This document shows positions 16,658 through 32,949 of a DNA stretch of 64,000 nucleotides, piece after piece. Position 1 is the stretch's first letter; each line of letters starts with the position of its first letter. The translations under genes were made by a program, and so were the position numbers. The notes under the pieces were generated by a model, which made no database searches, was not told where the DNA came from, and saw only the letters and a program-made list of their open reading frames with translations. Source of the stretch: Bacillota bacterium (GTDB lineage Bacteria > Bacillota > Clostridia > Oscillospirales > Oscillospiraceae); contig JAQXIT010000103.1 in the NCBI GenBank assembly GCA_029007925.1, forward strand, positions 4,673 through 68,672, given 5' to 3'.

Positions 16658-17751
16658 TAGTACATACCTTCTTTCACCCGGACAATCACCGGTTCACCGC
16701 CGGCGGGAGCCCAGATCCGATCCGGCTCCGGTTCCATGACCCGGATGGCGGCTTCTTCGCTGGCAATGTAAACCCGGTCGCCCTTTTCGCCCACCACCAT
16801 GCTGCGCAGCTTCAGCCGGTCGTTGAGGGCCATCAGACCGCCTTCAAAGCCCAGAATGATGGAGAAGGGCCCGGTAATCAGCAGGCTGGGGAAAACGGTG
16901 CGCAGATAGCTCAGACGCTCCCGCTCCTCCGGTGCCTTCCGGTCGATGGTGTCCCAGAAGGGAGCCGCAATGACGTTGGCCAGCTCCTCGGGGCGGAGCC
17001 CCTGCTTGCGCAGCAGGAAGTCGGCGATATAGGCGATGACCTCCGTGTCGGTCTGCAGGGTGCATTTGTAGCCGAACATTTCGATATAGCGGCGGTTGGC
17101 ATCGTAGGAGGAGATTTCTCCGTTATGTACGATGGTGTAGTCCAGCAGGGCAAAGGGATGGGCGCCGCCCCACCAGCCCGGGGTATTGGTGGGATACCGC
17201 CCGTGGGCGGTCCAGCAGTAGGCTTCGTATTCCTCCAGCCGATAGAACCGGCCCACATCCTCCGGGTAGCCTACGGCTTTGAAAACGCCCATGTTTTTTC
17301 CGCTGGAAAAGACGTAGGAGCCGGACAGATCGGTGTTGATTTTCATGACCACCCGGGCGATGAACTCCCGCTCGTCCACCTGCATACTGGAAAGCACGGA
17401 GCGAAGCGGCGTGACGAAATACCGCCAGATCAGCGGCTCGTCCACAATCTCGGGAATGGTTCGGGTGGGAATGGTCTCGGAGCGCACGATTTCCAGAGTG
17501 GATCGCAGGTAGCTTTCGCAGCGGACGCGGCTTTCCTCGTCGGTGAAGAAAATGTGCAGCGCGAAGAAATCCTGATACTCGGGATAAATTCCGTAGCCGG
17601 CGAAGCCTCCGCCCAGACCGTTGGAGCGATCGTGCATGGGTTTCATGCTCTCTATAATGGTTTTGCCGGTCATCCGTTCACCGCCGGTGGAAATCACCGC
17701 GGAGATCGCACAGCCGGAAGGAATGCGGATTTGACCTTCGTACAGCTTCAC
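16657..17751 (-). CDS. Glutamate synthase amidotransferase subunit (GltB1, class II GATase)
   Basis: PSGCAI with catalytic Cys, RSNGLG, AHGRYPTNT, HNGEIS, TDTE; probable GTG start at 17751 after GAAGGGA. Confidence 0.9.
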   Translation of the reverse strand: MKLYEGQIRIPSGCAISAVISTGGERMTGKTIIESMKPMHDRSNGLGGGFAGYGIYPEYQDFFALHIFFTDEESRVRCESYLRSTLEIVRSETIPTRTIPEIVDEPLIWRYFVTPLRSVLSSMQVDEREFIARVVMKINTDLSGSYVFSSGKNMGVFKAVGYPEDVGRFYRLEEYEAYCWTAHGRYPTNTPGWWGGAHPFALLDYTIVHNGEISSYDANRRYIEMFGYKCTLQTDTEVIAYIADFLLRKQGLRPEELANVIAAPFWDTIDRKAPEERERLSYLRTVFPSLLITGPFSIILGFEGGLMALNDRLKLRSMVVGEKGDRVYIASEEAAIRVMEPEPDRIWAPAGGEPVIVRVKEGMY

Positions 17752-17774
17752 AGAAATCAATCCCTTCAAAATGG

Positions 17775-17867
17775 AAAAAAGACGGTGTTTCCGGAGGAAA
17801 GGCGTACCTTTTTACGCAGGAACATCGTCCATTTCCTTATTATACTCTTGGGGTGCTTATGGGACAA
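17775..17867 (-). promoter_or_regulatory. gltB1 promoter and leader attenuator
   Basis: TTGTCC-17-TATAAT (17867-17839); leader GACGATGTTCC pairs with GGAAACACCGTC followed by TTTTTT, upstream of the RBS. Confidence 0.65.
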
Positions 17868-17927
17868 TCTCGCAATTTAGCAGAAAAATAGGGAAGAATG
17901 GGTTCGACGGTTTTTACAATCTGACAG

Positions 17928-18019
17928 TTGACTTTTTGTGAGCATTGCTGTATAGTATTCCTGTCATGAGACACTGGCGTCTCGGAGGGAAATCCTCTGG
18001 GGGCAGTGTCTCTCTTTTT
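17928..18019 (+). promoter_or_regulatory. GS promoter and ANTAR-type leader (antiterminator hairpin overlapping a terminator)
   Basis: TTGACT-17-TATAGT; GAGAC-ACTGGC-GTCTC hexaloop hairpin (A1, G4) at 17968-17983, mutually exclusive with the GAGACACTG/CAGTGTCTC terminator stem plus TCTTTTT. Confidence 0.8.
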
Positions 18020-18042
18020 ATTTCCTTTAGGGGTGATTATCC

Positions 18043-20139
<2,097 letters not shown>

Positions 20140-20160
20140 CGAGAGGAGATACAAAGGAAC

Positions 20161-20880
20161 ATGGAAAAGCTGCAGCAACTGTATGAAGGAAAAGCCAAGA
20201 AGGTATTCGCCACCGACGACCCCGAACTGCTCATCGTGGACTACAAGGACGACGCCACCGCGTTTAACGGACTGAAAAAGGGCACCATCGTGGGCAAGGG
20301 CGTAATCAACAACCAGATGAGCAACCGCCTGATGCAGCGCATCGAAAAAGCCGGCATCCCCACGCATTACGTCCGGGAGCTGAGCCAGCGTGAGACGCTG
20401 GTCAAGCGTGTCTCCATCGTACCGCTGGAGGTCATCATCCGCAATATCGCCGCCGGCTCCTTCTCCAAGCGCTACGGCGTGGAAGAGGGCGTCGTGTTCG
20501 ACAGCCCCACCATCGAGTTCTCCTATAAAAACGACGCGCTGGGCGATCCGCTGTGCAACGCCTATCACGCCATGGCTCTGCATCTGGCCACGGAAGCGGA
20601 GATCGAGACCATCAAGCGCTACGCCTTCCGGATCAACGAGATCCTCCGGGAATTCTGGGCCGGCTGCGGCGTGACGCTGGTGGACTTCAAGCTGGAGTTC
20701 GGCCGCCTGTCCGACGGAACCGTGGTTCTGGCCGACGAGATCAGCCCGGACACCTGCCGGCTCTGGGATTCCAAAACCCATGAAAAGCTGGATAAAGATC
20801 GCTTCCGCCGGGATCTGGGCGGCGTGGAGGACGCCTACGCCGAGATCATGCACAGACTGGTAGCACATGATGAACTGTAA
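20161..20880 (+). CDS. purC: SAICAR synthetase
   Basis: YEGKAK, KDDATAFN, DFKLEFG, LADEISPDTCRLWD. Confidence 0.97.
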   Translation: MEKLQQLYEGKAKKVFATDDPELLIVDYKDDATAFNGLKKGTIVGKGVINNQMSNRLMQRIEKAGIPTHYVRELSQRETLVKRVSIVPLEVIIRNIAAGSFSKRYGVEEGVVFDSPTIEFSYKNDALGDPLCNAYHAMALHLATEAEIETIKRYAFRINEILREFWAGCGVTLVDFKLEFGRLSDGTVVLADEISPDTCRLWDSKTHEKLDKDRFRRDLGGVEDAYAEIMHRLVAHDEL

Positions 20881-22354
20881 CCGGGTCATTCGCAAAGAAC
20901 ACCACATTCATGAAGAGTGTGGTGTCTTTGGCGTTTTTTCGGACAATCGGACGGACGTGGCATCCCTGGCATATTACGGCCTTTTTGCCCTCCAGCACCG
21001 GGGTCAGGAGAGTGCCGGCATCGTGGTCAACGACGACGGCGTGTTCAATGCCTACTGCGATGTGGGGCTGGTGAACGATGTATTTTCCGGTAACCGGCTG
21101 GAAAAGCTGGGAATGGGAAACATTGTGGTGGGACACGTCCGCTATGCCACCACCGGCGCGGACAGCAAGCGAAACGCTCAGCCGCTGGTCATCAACCACC
21201 ACAAGGGACAAATGGCGCTGGCGCATAACGGCAACCTGACCAACTCCTCGGAGCTTCGCGGTGAGCTGGAGGAGCGGGGCTCCATTTTCCACACCACCAC
21301 GGACTCCGAGGCCATCGCCTATATCCTGGTACAGGAGCGGCTGCGCTGCTCCAGTATCGAGTCCGCCGTCCGGGCGGCCATGGATCGGCTGGAGGGTGCC
21401 TATTCGCTGGTGATTGCCTCTCCCACCAAGCTCATCGCCGTCCGGGATCCCCATGGTTTCCGACCGCTGTGCATGGGAAGGCGGAGTGACGGTGCCATTG
21501 TGTTCGCGTCGGAAACCTGCGCGTTGGACGCGGTGGGAGCCGTATTTGAGCGGGATGTCCAACCCGGTGAGATTGTCACCGTCAGCCCTCAGGGTATCCA
21601 AAGCGACACCAGTCACTGCGGAAAAGTCCCCAAAACCCTCTGCGTGTTTGAACACATCTACTTCGCCCGGCCGGATTCCGTCATCGACGGTGCCGGCGTC
21701 AGCGATGCCCGGCAGAGAGCCGGCGCGTTCCTGGCGCAGGAGCATCCGGTGGAGGCGGACGTGGTCATCGGCGTGCCGGATTCCGGCTTGGACGCGGCAC
21801 TGGGCTATGCCAGGGAATCGGGCATTCCCTACGAAATCGGCTTTACCAAGAATAAATATATCGGGCGAACCTTCATCGCGCCGGATCAGAGCCTGCGGGA
21901 GGCTGGCGTCAACATCAAGCTCAATCCCATCCGCAGCGTCGTGGCGGGAAAACGGGTGATCCTCATCGACGACTCCATCGTCCGGGGAACCACCTGCCGC
22001 CGAACCATCGGTATGCTCCGGGATGCGGGAGCAAAGGAAATCCATATGCGCGTCAGCGCGCCGGCCTTCGTGGCGCCCTGCTTCTACGGCACGGACATCG
22101 ACAGCGCCGAGCATCTGATCGCCAACCACCACAGCGTAGAGGAGATCGCCCGGATCATCGGTGTGGACTCTCTGGGCTACCTGAGCCGTGAGCACGTGGT
22201 GCAGCTCACCGGCAATGACACCGGCTTCTGCACCGCCTGTTTTGGGGGAGAATACCCCACCAAAATCCCGGATGTGGGTGAGAAAAACCGTTTCGAACGA
22301 AAAATACATGAAAAAGACTTGGAGGAAACAAAATGCCAAACTGTGCGATTGTAG
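20867..22354 (+). CDS. purF: Amidophosphoribosyltransferase
   Basis: EECG, LQHRGQESAG, GHVRY, HNGN, VPDSG, IDDSIVRGTT; Fe-S Cys in PCFYG and CTAC. Confidence 0.96.
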   Translation: MMNCNRVIRKEHHIHEECGVFGVFSDNRTDVASLAYYGLFALQHRGQESAGIVVNDDGVFNAYCDVGLVNDVFSGNRLEKLGMGNIVVGHVRYATTGADSKRNAQPLVINHHKGQMALAHNGNLTNSSELRGELEERGSIFHTTTDSEAIAYILVQERLRCSSIESAVRAAMDRLEGAYSLVIASPTKLIAVRDPHGFRPLCMGRRSDGAIVFASETCALDAVGAVFERDVQPGEIVTVSPQGIQSDTSHCGKVPKTLCVFEHIYFARPDSVIDGAGVSDARQRAGAFLAQEHPVEADVVIGVPDSGLDAALGYARESGIPYEIGFTKNKYIGRTFIAPDQSLREAGVNIKLNPIRSVVAGKRVILIDDSIVRGTTCRRTIGMLRDAGAKEIHMRVSAPAFVAPCFYGTDIDSAEHLIANHHSVEEIARIIGVDSLGYLSREHVVQLTGNDTGFCTACFGGEYPTKIPDVGEKNRFERKIHEKDLEETKCQTVRL

Positions 22355-23607
22355 GAATCAACTGGGGCGACGAGGGAAAAGGCCGGATGGTGGATCTGCT
22401 GACGCAGCATTACGATGTGGTGGTGCGTTATCAGGGCGGCGGCAACGCCGGCCATACGGTGGTGAATGAGCGCGGCAAATTTGCCCTGCATCTGCTGCCT
22501 TCCGGTATTTTCCGGGAGAACACCGTGAACATTCTGGGCAACGGCGTGGCGCTGGACTGCGAGAGCCTGTGGAACGAGATGCAGGACGTGATCGCCAAGG
22601 GCGTATCCATCACGCCGGACAATCTGAAGATCAGCGACCGGGCTTCCTTGCTGCTGCCGTGGCACCGGGATCTGGATGGTCTGGAGGAAGCCAGACTCAA
22701 GGACAAGAAGTTCGGCTCCACCCGTCAGGGCATCGCGCCTTTCTATTCCGACAAGTATCAGAAGAAAACCGTTCTGGCGGCGGAGCTGCTGTATCCGGAG
22801 CATCTGGAAGCCCACCTGAAGGACCTGCTGGAGTGGAAGAACCTGACGCTGACCCGGGTCTACGGTGCGGAAGGGTACACGCTGGAGCAGCTTCTGGACT
22901 GGTTCCATACCTACGCCGACCGGATCAAGCCCTTCATCTGCGACACCGGTGCTTATCTGCGGGATGCCCAGGCCGAGGGCAAGAGCATCCTGTTTGAGGC
23001 GCAGCTGGGCGCTCTGCGGGATCTGGACTACGGCATCTACCCCTACACCACCTCCTCCAACGCCATCGCCGCCTACGCTCCGGTGGGCTCCGGCCTGCCC
23101 AACGCCAAGCTGGACGAGGTGATCGGCGTGGTGAAGGCCTATTCCTCCTGCGTGGGCGAGGGCCCCTTCACCTGCGAGTGGTTCGGTGAGGAAGCGGAAA
23201 AGCTCCGGGAAGCCGGCGGAGAATACGGCGCCAAAACCGGCCGTCCCCGCCGGGTGGGCCCCATCGATCTGGTAGCCACCCGCTACGGCGTCCGGACCCA
23301 AGGCGCCACCGCCGTTGCCCTGACCAAGCTGGACATCCTGAGTTATATGGACACGATTCCGGTCTGCGCCCGGTATGAGCTGAATGGCGAGATCACCGAT
23401 GAATTCCCCAATCCGGTGGTTCTGGCGGATGCCAAGCCCATAACGGAGACGCTTCCCGGCTGGGGCTGCGACATTTCCGGCATCCGCCGCTGGGAGGATC
23501 TGCCTGCCGAGGCTCGGGCGTATGTGGAGTATGTTGAGGAAAAGATCGGCTGCCATATCCGCTACGTTTCCGTAGGCCCGGAGCGGGACAGCATCATTAT
23601 TCGATAA
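22333..23607 (+). CDS. purA: Adenylosuccinate synthetase
   Basis: WGDEGKG, QGG.NAGHT, YPYTTSS, EYG.KTGRPRRVG, LTKLD, VSVGP. Confidence 0.96.
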   Translation: MPNCAIVGINWGDEGKGRMVDLLTQHYDVVVRYQGGGNAGHTVVNERGKFALHLLPSGIFRENTVNILGNGVALDCESLWNEMQDVIAKGVSITPDNLKISDRASLLLPWHRDLDGLEEARLKDKKFGSTRQGIAPFYSDKYQKKTVLAAELLYPEHLEAHLKDLLEWKNLTLTRVYGAEGYTLEQLLDWFHTYADRIKPFICDTGAYLRDAQAEGKSILFEAQLGALRDLDYGIYPYTTSSNAIAAYAPVGSGLPNAKLDEVIGVVKAYSSCVGEGPFTCEWFGEEAEKLREAGGEYGAKTGRPRRVGPIDLVATRYGVRTQGATAVALTKLDILSYMDTIPVCARYELNGEITDEFPNPVVLADAKPITETLPGWGCDISGIRRWEDLPAEARAYVEYVEEKIGCHIRYVSVGPERDSIIIR

Positions 23608-23618
23608 GGAGAGAGATC

Positions 23619-25034
23619 ATGTACGACCGCTACGAATCCCCCCTGTCCTCCCGCTACGCATCCGATGAAATGCTGCACCTGTTCTCCGCCGAGACCCGCA
23701 TTCGCACATGGCGGAAGCTGTGGGTGGCGCTGGCCAGAGCCGAACGGGAGCTGGGACTGCCCATCACGGAGGAGCAGGTTCGGGAATTGGAGGAAAACGT
23801 ATCCAATATCGACTTCGAGCTGGCCGCACGGCGGGAAAAGGAAGTCCGCCATGATGTGATGGCCCACGTTTACGCCTATGGCGCGGCGGCACCCTCCGCC
23901 GCCGGTATCATCCATCTGGGCGCCACCAGCTGCTATGTCACCGACAACGCGGATCTGATCCTGTACCGGGACGCCCTGCGGCATCTGCGGCGGGAACTGG
24001 TGTCCGTCATGAAAAATCTGGCGGATTTCGCCCTGCGGTATCGGGAGCTGCCCACCCTGGGCTATACCCACTATCAGCCGGCGCAGCTGGTGACCGTAGG
24101 CAAGCGGGCGTCGCTGTGGCTGCAGGATTTCCATTCCGATCTGCAGGAGCTGGATCAGGTGCTCGACGGCATGAAATTCCTGGGCTGCCGGGGCACCACC
24201 GGAACCGAGGCCAGCTTTCTGGAGCTGTTCGACGGCGACGGCGGCAAGATCGACGAACTGAACCGGAAGCTCTGCGACGCCTTCGGTTTCGCGGAATGCT
24301 TCGACGTATGCGGCCAGACCTATCCCCGGAAGGCGGACAGCCGGATTCTGAACTGTCTGTCCTCCATTGCCCAGAGCGCTTACCGCATGGCCCAGGACAT
24401 CCGGCTGCTGCAGCACGACCGGCAGTTGGAGGAGCCCTTTGAGAAGAATCAGATCGGTTCCTCGGCCATGGCCTACAAGCGCAATCCCATGCGCAGCGAG
24501 CGGATCTGCTCTCTGTCCCGGTACCTGATGGCGGATGCCATGAACGCGCCGATGACAGCCTCTGCCCAGTGGCTGGAGCGGACGCTGGACGATTCCGCCA
24601 ACCGCCGGATTTCCCTGCCGGAGGGCTTCCTCTGCGCCGACGCGATCCTGCGTCTGTGCCGGAACGTCACCGACGGGCTCCATGTCAACGAGAAAATCGT
24701 GGCCCGAACCGTCAACGAGTATCTGCCCTTCATTGCCACGGAAAATCTGCTGATGGAGGGCGTGAAGCGGGGCGGAGACCGTCAGCAGCTCCACGAAATC
24801 ATCCGTCAGTGCTCCATGGAGGCCACCGCCCGGATGAAGAACGGCGAGGACTGCGATCTGCTGCGGCGTCTTGCCGCCCACCCGGAGTTCCCCGTTTCCG
24901 AGGAGGACATGACCCGGCTCCTGAAGCCGGAGAAGTATATTGGCCGCTGCGCTCTGCAGGTGCAGCGTTATGTGGAAAAGCTGCAGCCCCTTTTCGAGGA
25001 CGCGGCGGACACGGCAGCGGAAATCGAGGTGTGA
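23619..25034 (+). CDS. purB: Adenylosuccinate lyase
   Basis: [32 protein letters not shown]. Confidence 0.96.
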   Translation: MYDRYESPLSSRYASDEMLHLFSAETRIRTWRKLWVALARAERELGLPITEEQVRELEENVSNIDFELAARREKEVRHDVMAHVYAYGAAAPSAAGIIHLGATSCYVTDNADLILYRDALRHLRRELVSVMKNLADFALRYRELPTLGYTHYQPAQLVTVGKRASLWLQDFHSDLQELDQVLDGMKFLGCRGTTGTEASFLELFDGDGGKIDELNRKLCDAFGFAECFDVCGQTYPRKADSRILNCLSSIAQSAYRMAQDIRLLQHDRQLEEPFEKNQIGSSAMAYKRNPMRSERICSLSRYLMADAMNAPMTASAQWLERTLDDSANRRISLPEGFLCADAILRLCRNVTDGLHVNEKIVARTVNEYLPFIATENLLMEGVKRGGDRQQLHEIIRQCSMEATARMKNGEDCDLLRRLAAHPEFPVSEEDMTRLLKPEKYIGRCALQVQRYVEKLQPLFEDAADTAAEIEV

Positions 25035-25035
25035 T

Positions 25036-28181
<3,146 letters not shown>

Positions 28182-28204
28182 ACGCGAAACGGCAGGTGCG
28201 TGTG

Positions 28205-29311
28205 ATGACGAATCGAGAGTACGACAAGAAGATCATTCTGGAGGACGGAACCGAGTTCTACGGCTATGGCTTCGGCGCCGACCGGAATGTGATGGCGGAA
28301 CTGGTGTTCAACACCTCCATGGTGGGCTATCAGGAGATCCTGTCCGACCCTTCCTATACGGGTCAGGCCGTTGTGATGACTTACCCGCTGATCGGCAACT
28401 ACGGAATGTGCGATGACGACTACGAGACGGATCGGCCGGGCATCAGCGCCATGATCGTCCGGAAATACAATGACCGACCCTCCAATTTCCGCAGTACCAG
28501 GACATTGGAGCAGGTGATGCAGGCATTCGGAATCGTGGGGCTGGCCGGCGTCGACACCAGAAAGCTAACCCGACACATCCGGGACAGGGGAACCTGCAAA
28601 GTGCTCATTACCGACGCGGATTTCCCAAATCTGGCCGGTTTCGCCAAGCTGCGCACCAATGAGCTGCCGCGGGATGTGGTGGCCCGGGCCAGTACCGGGA
28701 CCACGCGGGAATATCCCGTCCCCGACGGGAAATTTCATGTGGTTGCGGTGGACTGCGGCATCAAGCGCAATATCCTGCGCTGCCTCAATGCCCAGGGCTG
28801 CAGCGTCACGGTGGTTCCGTGGAATACCGACCTGAAAACGGTGGAGTCGCTCCGCCCCGACGGCGTATTTATTTCCAACGGCCCCGGAGATCCCACAGAT
28901 GTACCGCCGGCCATTGAACTGGTGCGCTCCCTGCGGGGGAGGGTACCCATCTTCGGAATCTGCCTCGGTCATCAGATCATCGCCCTGAGCTACGGCGCCA
29001 AAACCTACAAGCTGAAGTTCGGCCACCGGGGCGGCAATCACCCCGTCCGCAATCTGCTGACCGGGAAGGTCGAAATTACCTCTCAGAACCACTCCTACGC
29101 CGTAGACGCGGACAGCCTGAAGGACACGCCCCTCACCGCCACCCATGTCAATCTGCTGGACGGCACCGTGGAAGGGATGCGCTGCGAAAAAGACCGGGTC
29201 TTTTCCGTACAGTATCACCCGGAGAGCGCGCCGGGGCCTCAGGACAGCGGCTATCTGTTTGGGGAATTCATTCGGATGATGGAGGAAGCAAAGCATGCCG
29301 AAGCGAACTGA
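28205..29311 (+). CDS. carA: Carbamoyl-phosphate synthase small subunit
   Basis: [34 protein letters not shown]; alternative GTG start at 28196. Confidence 0.96.
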   Translation: MTNREYDKKIILEDGTEFYGYGFGADRNVMAELVFNTSMVGYQEILSDPSYTGQAVVMTYPLIGNYGMCDDDYETDRPGISAMIVRKYNDRPSNFRSTRTLEQVMQAFGIVGLAGVDTRKLTRHIRDRGTCKVLITDADFPNLAGFAKLRTNELPRDVVARASTGTTREYPVPDGKFHVVAVDCGIKRNILRCLNAQGCSVTVVPWNTDLKTVESLRPDGVFISNGPGDPTDVPPAIELVRSLRGRVPIFGICLGHQIIALSYGAKTYKLKFGHRGGNHPVRNLLTGKVEITSQNHSYAVDADSLKDTPLTATHVNLLDGTVEGMRCEKDRVFSVQYHPESAPGPQDSGYLFGEFIRMMEEAKHAEAN

Positions 29312-32300
29312 TTTGAAGAAAATTCTGGTCATCGGCTCAGGCCCCATCGTCATCGGCCAGGCGGCGGAATTCGACTATGCCGGCACCCAGGCGTGCCTGG
29401 CGCTGAAGGAGGAGGGCTACGAGGTCATCCTGTGCAACTCCAACCCGGCCACCATCATGACCGACCCTGCCATCGCGGACAAGGTGTATTTGGAACCCCT
29501 GACGCTGGAATATATTGCCAAAATCATCCGCTACGAGCGGCCGGACGCCATCATTCCCGGCATCGGCGGTCAAACCGGACTGAATCTCGCCATGCAGCTT
29601 GAGAAAAAGGGCGTTCTGAGAGAATGCCGGGTGGAGCTGTTGGGCACCCCCAGCGAATCCATCGCTCAGGCGGAGGATCGGGAACGGTTCAAGGAGCTGT
29701 GCCAGCAGTTGGGAGAGCCGGTGCTGCCCTCCGAGGAGACGAATACCGTGGAGGAGGGTCTGGCGGCGGCGGAACGGATCGGCTATCCCGTGGTTCTGCG
29801 CCCAGCGTTCACGTTGGGCGGTACCGGCGGAGGCTTTGCCGACGACCCGGAGGAATGCAGGGAGATCCTGAAAAACGCCCTGGTGCTTTCTCCGGTGGGT
29901 CAGGTGCTGGTGGAGAAGAGCATCCGGGGCTATAAGGAAATCGAATACGAGGTCATGCGGGACGCCAATGATACCGCTATCGCCATCTGCAATATGGAGA
30001 ATGTGGATCCCGTGGGCATCCATACCGGCGATTCCATCGTGGTCTGCCCCTCCCAGACCCTGACCAACAAGGAGTATCAGATGCTCCGGGACAGCGCGCT
30101 GAAGCTGATCCGGGCGCTGAAGATTCAGGGCGGCTGCAATGTTCAGTTCGCATTGGATCCCCAATCCTTCCAATATTACCTCATCGAGGTCAATCCCAGA
30201 GTGTCCCGTTCCTCGGCGCTGGCCTCCAAAGCCAGCGGATATCCCATTGCCCGGGTGTCCGCCAAAATCTGCGTGGGGATGACGCTGGATGAGATCCGGC
30301 TTGCCAATACCCCCGCGTCCTTCGAACCGGCGCTGGACTATGTGGTGACCAAGATGCCCCGGTTCCCCTTCGACAAGTTCTCGGACGCCAACAATCGTTT
30401 GGGTACCCAGATGAAGGCTACCGGCGAGACCATGAGCGTAGGCAGAACCATCGAGGAGAGCCTGCTGAAGGGCATCCGGTCGCTGGAAACCGGCGTGTAT
30501 CACCTGCATATGAAGAAGTTCGATTCCTGGGAGCGGGATGAGCTGATGTCCTACATCCGGATAGGAACCGACGACCGGATCTATGCCATTGCCCAGCTTC
30601 TGCGGCTGGGAATCGGTGTTACTCCCATTGCCGAGGCAAGCGGCATCGACGCACTGTTTGTGCGGAAGCTGCGCAATATCGTCCGCATGGAGCAGACGCT
30701 GAAGAACGCGCCCAATGACCGCGCCGCACTGTTTCAGGCAAAGAAAATGGGCTTCTCCGACAGAGCCGTTGCCGACTTGTGGGGCGTTTCGGAACGGGAG
30801 ATCACCCGGCTCCGGCTGGAAAAGCATATTCAGCCGGGGTTCCGGATGATTGACTCCTGCGCCGGCGAATTCGACAGCTATATTCCGTATTTTTATTCCA
30901 CTTACGAAAGCGAAAACGAATCGGTAGTCTCCGATCGGAAAAAGATCATCGTGCTGGGCTCCGGGCCTATCCGGATCGGGCAGGGCGTGGAATTTGACTA
31001 TTCCACCGTCCACGCCATCCAGACCATCCGCAGCGCGGGCTATGAGGCCATCATCATCAACAACAACCCGGAGACCGTCTCCACGGACTACACCACCTCC
31101 GACAAGCTGTATTTTGAGCCGCTTACGGTGGAGGATGTGATGAACATTGTCACGCTGGAGCAGCCCGACGGCGTCATCGCCTCTCTGGGCGGCCAGACGG
31201 CCATCAATCTGGCCCAGCCCCTGACGGAGCTGGGGGTTCGGATCATCGGCACGGACTGCACGGCCATCGAGAAGGCGGAAAACCGGGACGCCTTTGAAAA
31301 TCTGCTTCTGGAGCTGGGCATTCCCCAACCCAGAGGCAAAGCGGTCACCCGGATCGAGGACGGCGTGGCCACCGCCAACGAGATCGGCTACCCGGTGCTG
31401 GTGCGTCCCAGCTTTGTCCTGGGCGGCAGAGCCATGCAGATTGTGGCCAACGAGGAGCAGCTCCGGCACTACCTCCAGACCGCCGTGGAGATCGACGCGG
31501 ACAAGCCGGTGCTGGTGGATAAGTATATCCGGGGCAAAGAGGTGGAGGTTGACGCCATCTGCGACGGCACCGCCGTGTTCGTTCCCGGCATCATGGAGCT
31601 GGTGGAGCGCACCGGCGTCCATTCCGGTGATTCCATCAGCGTGTATCCTTCCTTCAGCATTTCCAACCGGGTCAAGGGTACCATCCTGACCTATACGAAG
31701 ATGCTGGGACTGGCCATCGGCATCGTGGGACTGTTCAACATCCAGTTCATTGTGGATGCCGAGGAGAATGTGTATATCATCGAGGTGAACCCCCGTTCCT
31801 CCCGGACGGTGCCGTTCCTGTCCAAGGCTACAGGGTATCCGCTGGCGGACATTGCCACGCTGGTGATCCTGGGGAACAGCCTGAAGCAGCAGGGAATCTG
31901 CGACATTTACCCGGAGGAGAAAAAGCGCTGGTATGTCAAGGCACCGGCCTTTTCCTTCAGCAAGCTCCGGGGGCTGGATGCCTATCTGTCGCCGGAGATG
32001 AAGTCCACCGGCGAGGCCATCGGCTACGACTGGACACTGAACCGGGCTCTTTACAAGGCACTGCAGGCTTCGGGCGTCAAGCTCCAGAACTACGGCACCG
32101 TACTGGCAACCATCTCCGATGAGGACAAGGAGGAGGCGCTGCCTCTGATCCGCCGGTTCTATCAACTGGGCTTCAACATCGAGGCCACGGAAGGTACCGC
32201 CCGGTTCCTGCGGCAGCACGGCATCAAGACCCGGGTCAAGCCCAAGGTGGACGACCAAAATACGGATATTCTGGATGCCATCCGGCAGGGCTATGTGACC

Positions 32301-32474
32301 TATGTCATCAATACCATGGATGTCCGCTTCGAGAACAGCCAGTCCGGCTCCAGCCGGATCCGACGCTGCGCGGTGGAAAACGGCGTGACCATGCTCACCG
32401 CGCTGGATACGGTGCGGGTGCTGCTGGACGTGCTGGAGGAGATCACCATCGGCATCTCCACCATCGACGGCTGA
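29295..32474 (+). CDS. carB: Carbamoyl-phosphate synthase large subunit
   Basis: [15 protein letters not shown], duplicated ATP-grasp domains with EVNPR, C-terminal MGS-like domain. Confidence 0.97.
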   Translation: MPKRTDLKKILVIGSGPIVIGQAAEFDYAGTQACLALKEEGYEVILCNSNPATIMTDPAIADKVYLEPLTLEYIAKIIRYERPDAIIPGIGGQTGLNLAMQLEKKGVLRECRVELLGTPSESIAQAEDRERFKELCQQLGEPVLPSEETNTVEEGLAAAERIGYPVVLRPAFTLGGTGGGFADDPEECREILKNALVLSPVGQVLVEKSIRGYKEIEYEVMRDANDTAIAICNMENVDPVGIHTGDSIVVCPSQTLTNKEYQMLRDSALKLIRALKIQGGCNVQFALDPQSFQYYLIEVNPRVSRSSALASKASGYPIARVSAKICVGMTLDEIRLANTPASFEPALDYVVTKMPRFPFDKFSDANNRLGTQMKATGETMSVGRTIEESLLKGIRSLETGVYHLHMKKFDSWERDELMSYIRIGTDDRIYAIAQLLRLGIGVTPIAEASGIDALFVRKLRNIVRMEQTLKNAPNDRAALFQAKKMGFSDRAVADLWGVSEREITRLRLEKHIQPGFRMIDSCAGEFDSYIPYFYSTYESENESVVSDRKKIIVLGSGPIRIGQGVEFDYSTVHAIQTIRSAGYEAIIINNNPETVSTDYTTSDKLYFEPLTVEDVMNIVTLEQPDGVIASLGGQTAINLAQPLTELGVRIIGTDCTAIEKAENRDAFENLLLELGIPQPRGKAVTRIEDGVATANEIGYPVLVRPSFVLGGRAMQIVANEEQLRHYLQTAVEIDADKPVLVDKYIRGKEVEVDAICDGTAVFVPGIMELVERTGVHSGDSISVYPSFSISNRVKGTILTYTKMLGLAIGIVGLFNIQFIVDAEENVYIIEVNPRSSRTVPFLSKATGYPLADIATLVILGNSLKQQGICDIYPEEKKRWYVKAPAFSFSKLRGLDAYLSPEMKSTGEAIGYDWTLNRALYKALQASGVKLQNYGTVLATISDEDKEEALPLIRRFYQLGFNIEATEGTARFLRQHGIKTRVKPKVDDQNTDILDAIRQGYVTYVINTMDVRFENSQSGSSRIRRCAVENGVTMLTALDTVRVLLDVLEEITIGISTIDG

Positions 32475-32491
32475 ACGGAAACAGGGAAGAA

Positions 32492-32525
32492 AACCGGGGT
32501 GCCGCTATGAAGCGGCACCCCGGTT
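32492..32525. terminator. Strong hairpin ending the GS-to-carB run
   Basis: AACCGGGGTGCCGCT-ATGA-AGCGGCACCCCGGTT, 15 bp stem. Confidence 0.85.
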
Positions 32526-32555
32526 GCTGTGCGGTTGGGTATTTACTGCCGCGAA

Positions 32556-32636
32556 TCATGACTGCGGCGCATCCCGATCCTCCAAAGCCGCGCGAACCGC
32601 CGCAATGACAAAATCCGAGAAGGTGCAGTCTTTCCC
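32556..32636 (-). pseudogene. 3' fragment of a small ribbon-helix-helix-like gene
   Basis: Reads GKDCTFSDFVIAAVRAALEDRDAPQS*; no start codon; an in-frame stop lies just upstream. Confidence 0.5.
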
Positions 32637-32821
32637 TGAAGATTGTGGGCTTCTTCAGCACCCAGAAGCAGAAGAATGGGGCACCGGCCGATAATCCCAC
32701 CGGCAGCGATCCCGGAACAGCGCTTCCCGAAGTGCCCGATATGATTACCAAGAAAAATGTGGAGGAAGCGACGGCGAATCAGCTCCGCCCTCCCGATGGC
32801 ACCGATTCCGAAACCGTTTGA
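32636..32821 (+). pseudogene. 3' fragment of an unknown gene, followed by its own terminator
   Basis: Headless frame LKIVGFFSTQKQK...DSETV* with coding-like codons; hairpin plus T run at about 32826-32864. Confidence 0.45.
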
Positions 32822-32874
32822 TACATATCCCCCTCTCGGATTCCCCGGGGAGGGGGTATTTTTTGATAAAAATA

Positions 32875-32899
32875 TCCCTCCCGGAAATCCCGGGAGGGA
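32875..32899 (-). terminator. Terminator of tRNA-Arg
   Basis: TCCCTCCCGG-AAATC-CCGGGAGGGA, followed by a T-rich tract on the minus strand. Confidence 0.7.
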
Positions 32900-32949
32900 A
32901 ACTATCTTGCCACAGTGATCCGAATGAACCCAGATGTGACAACAACTGT

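Noticed and set aside
29337-32258. 973-aa minus-strand ORF
   Set aside because: Antisense shadow of carB.
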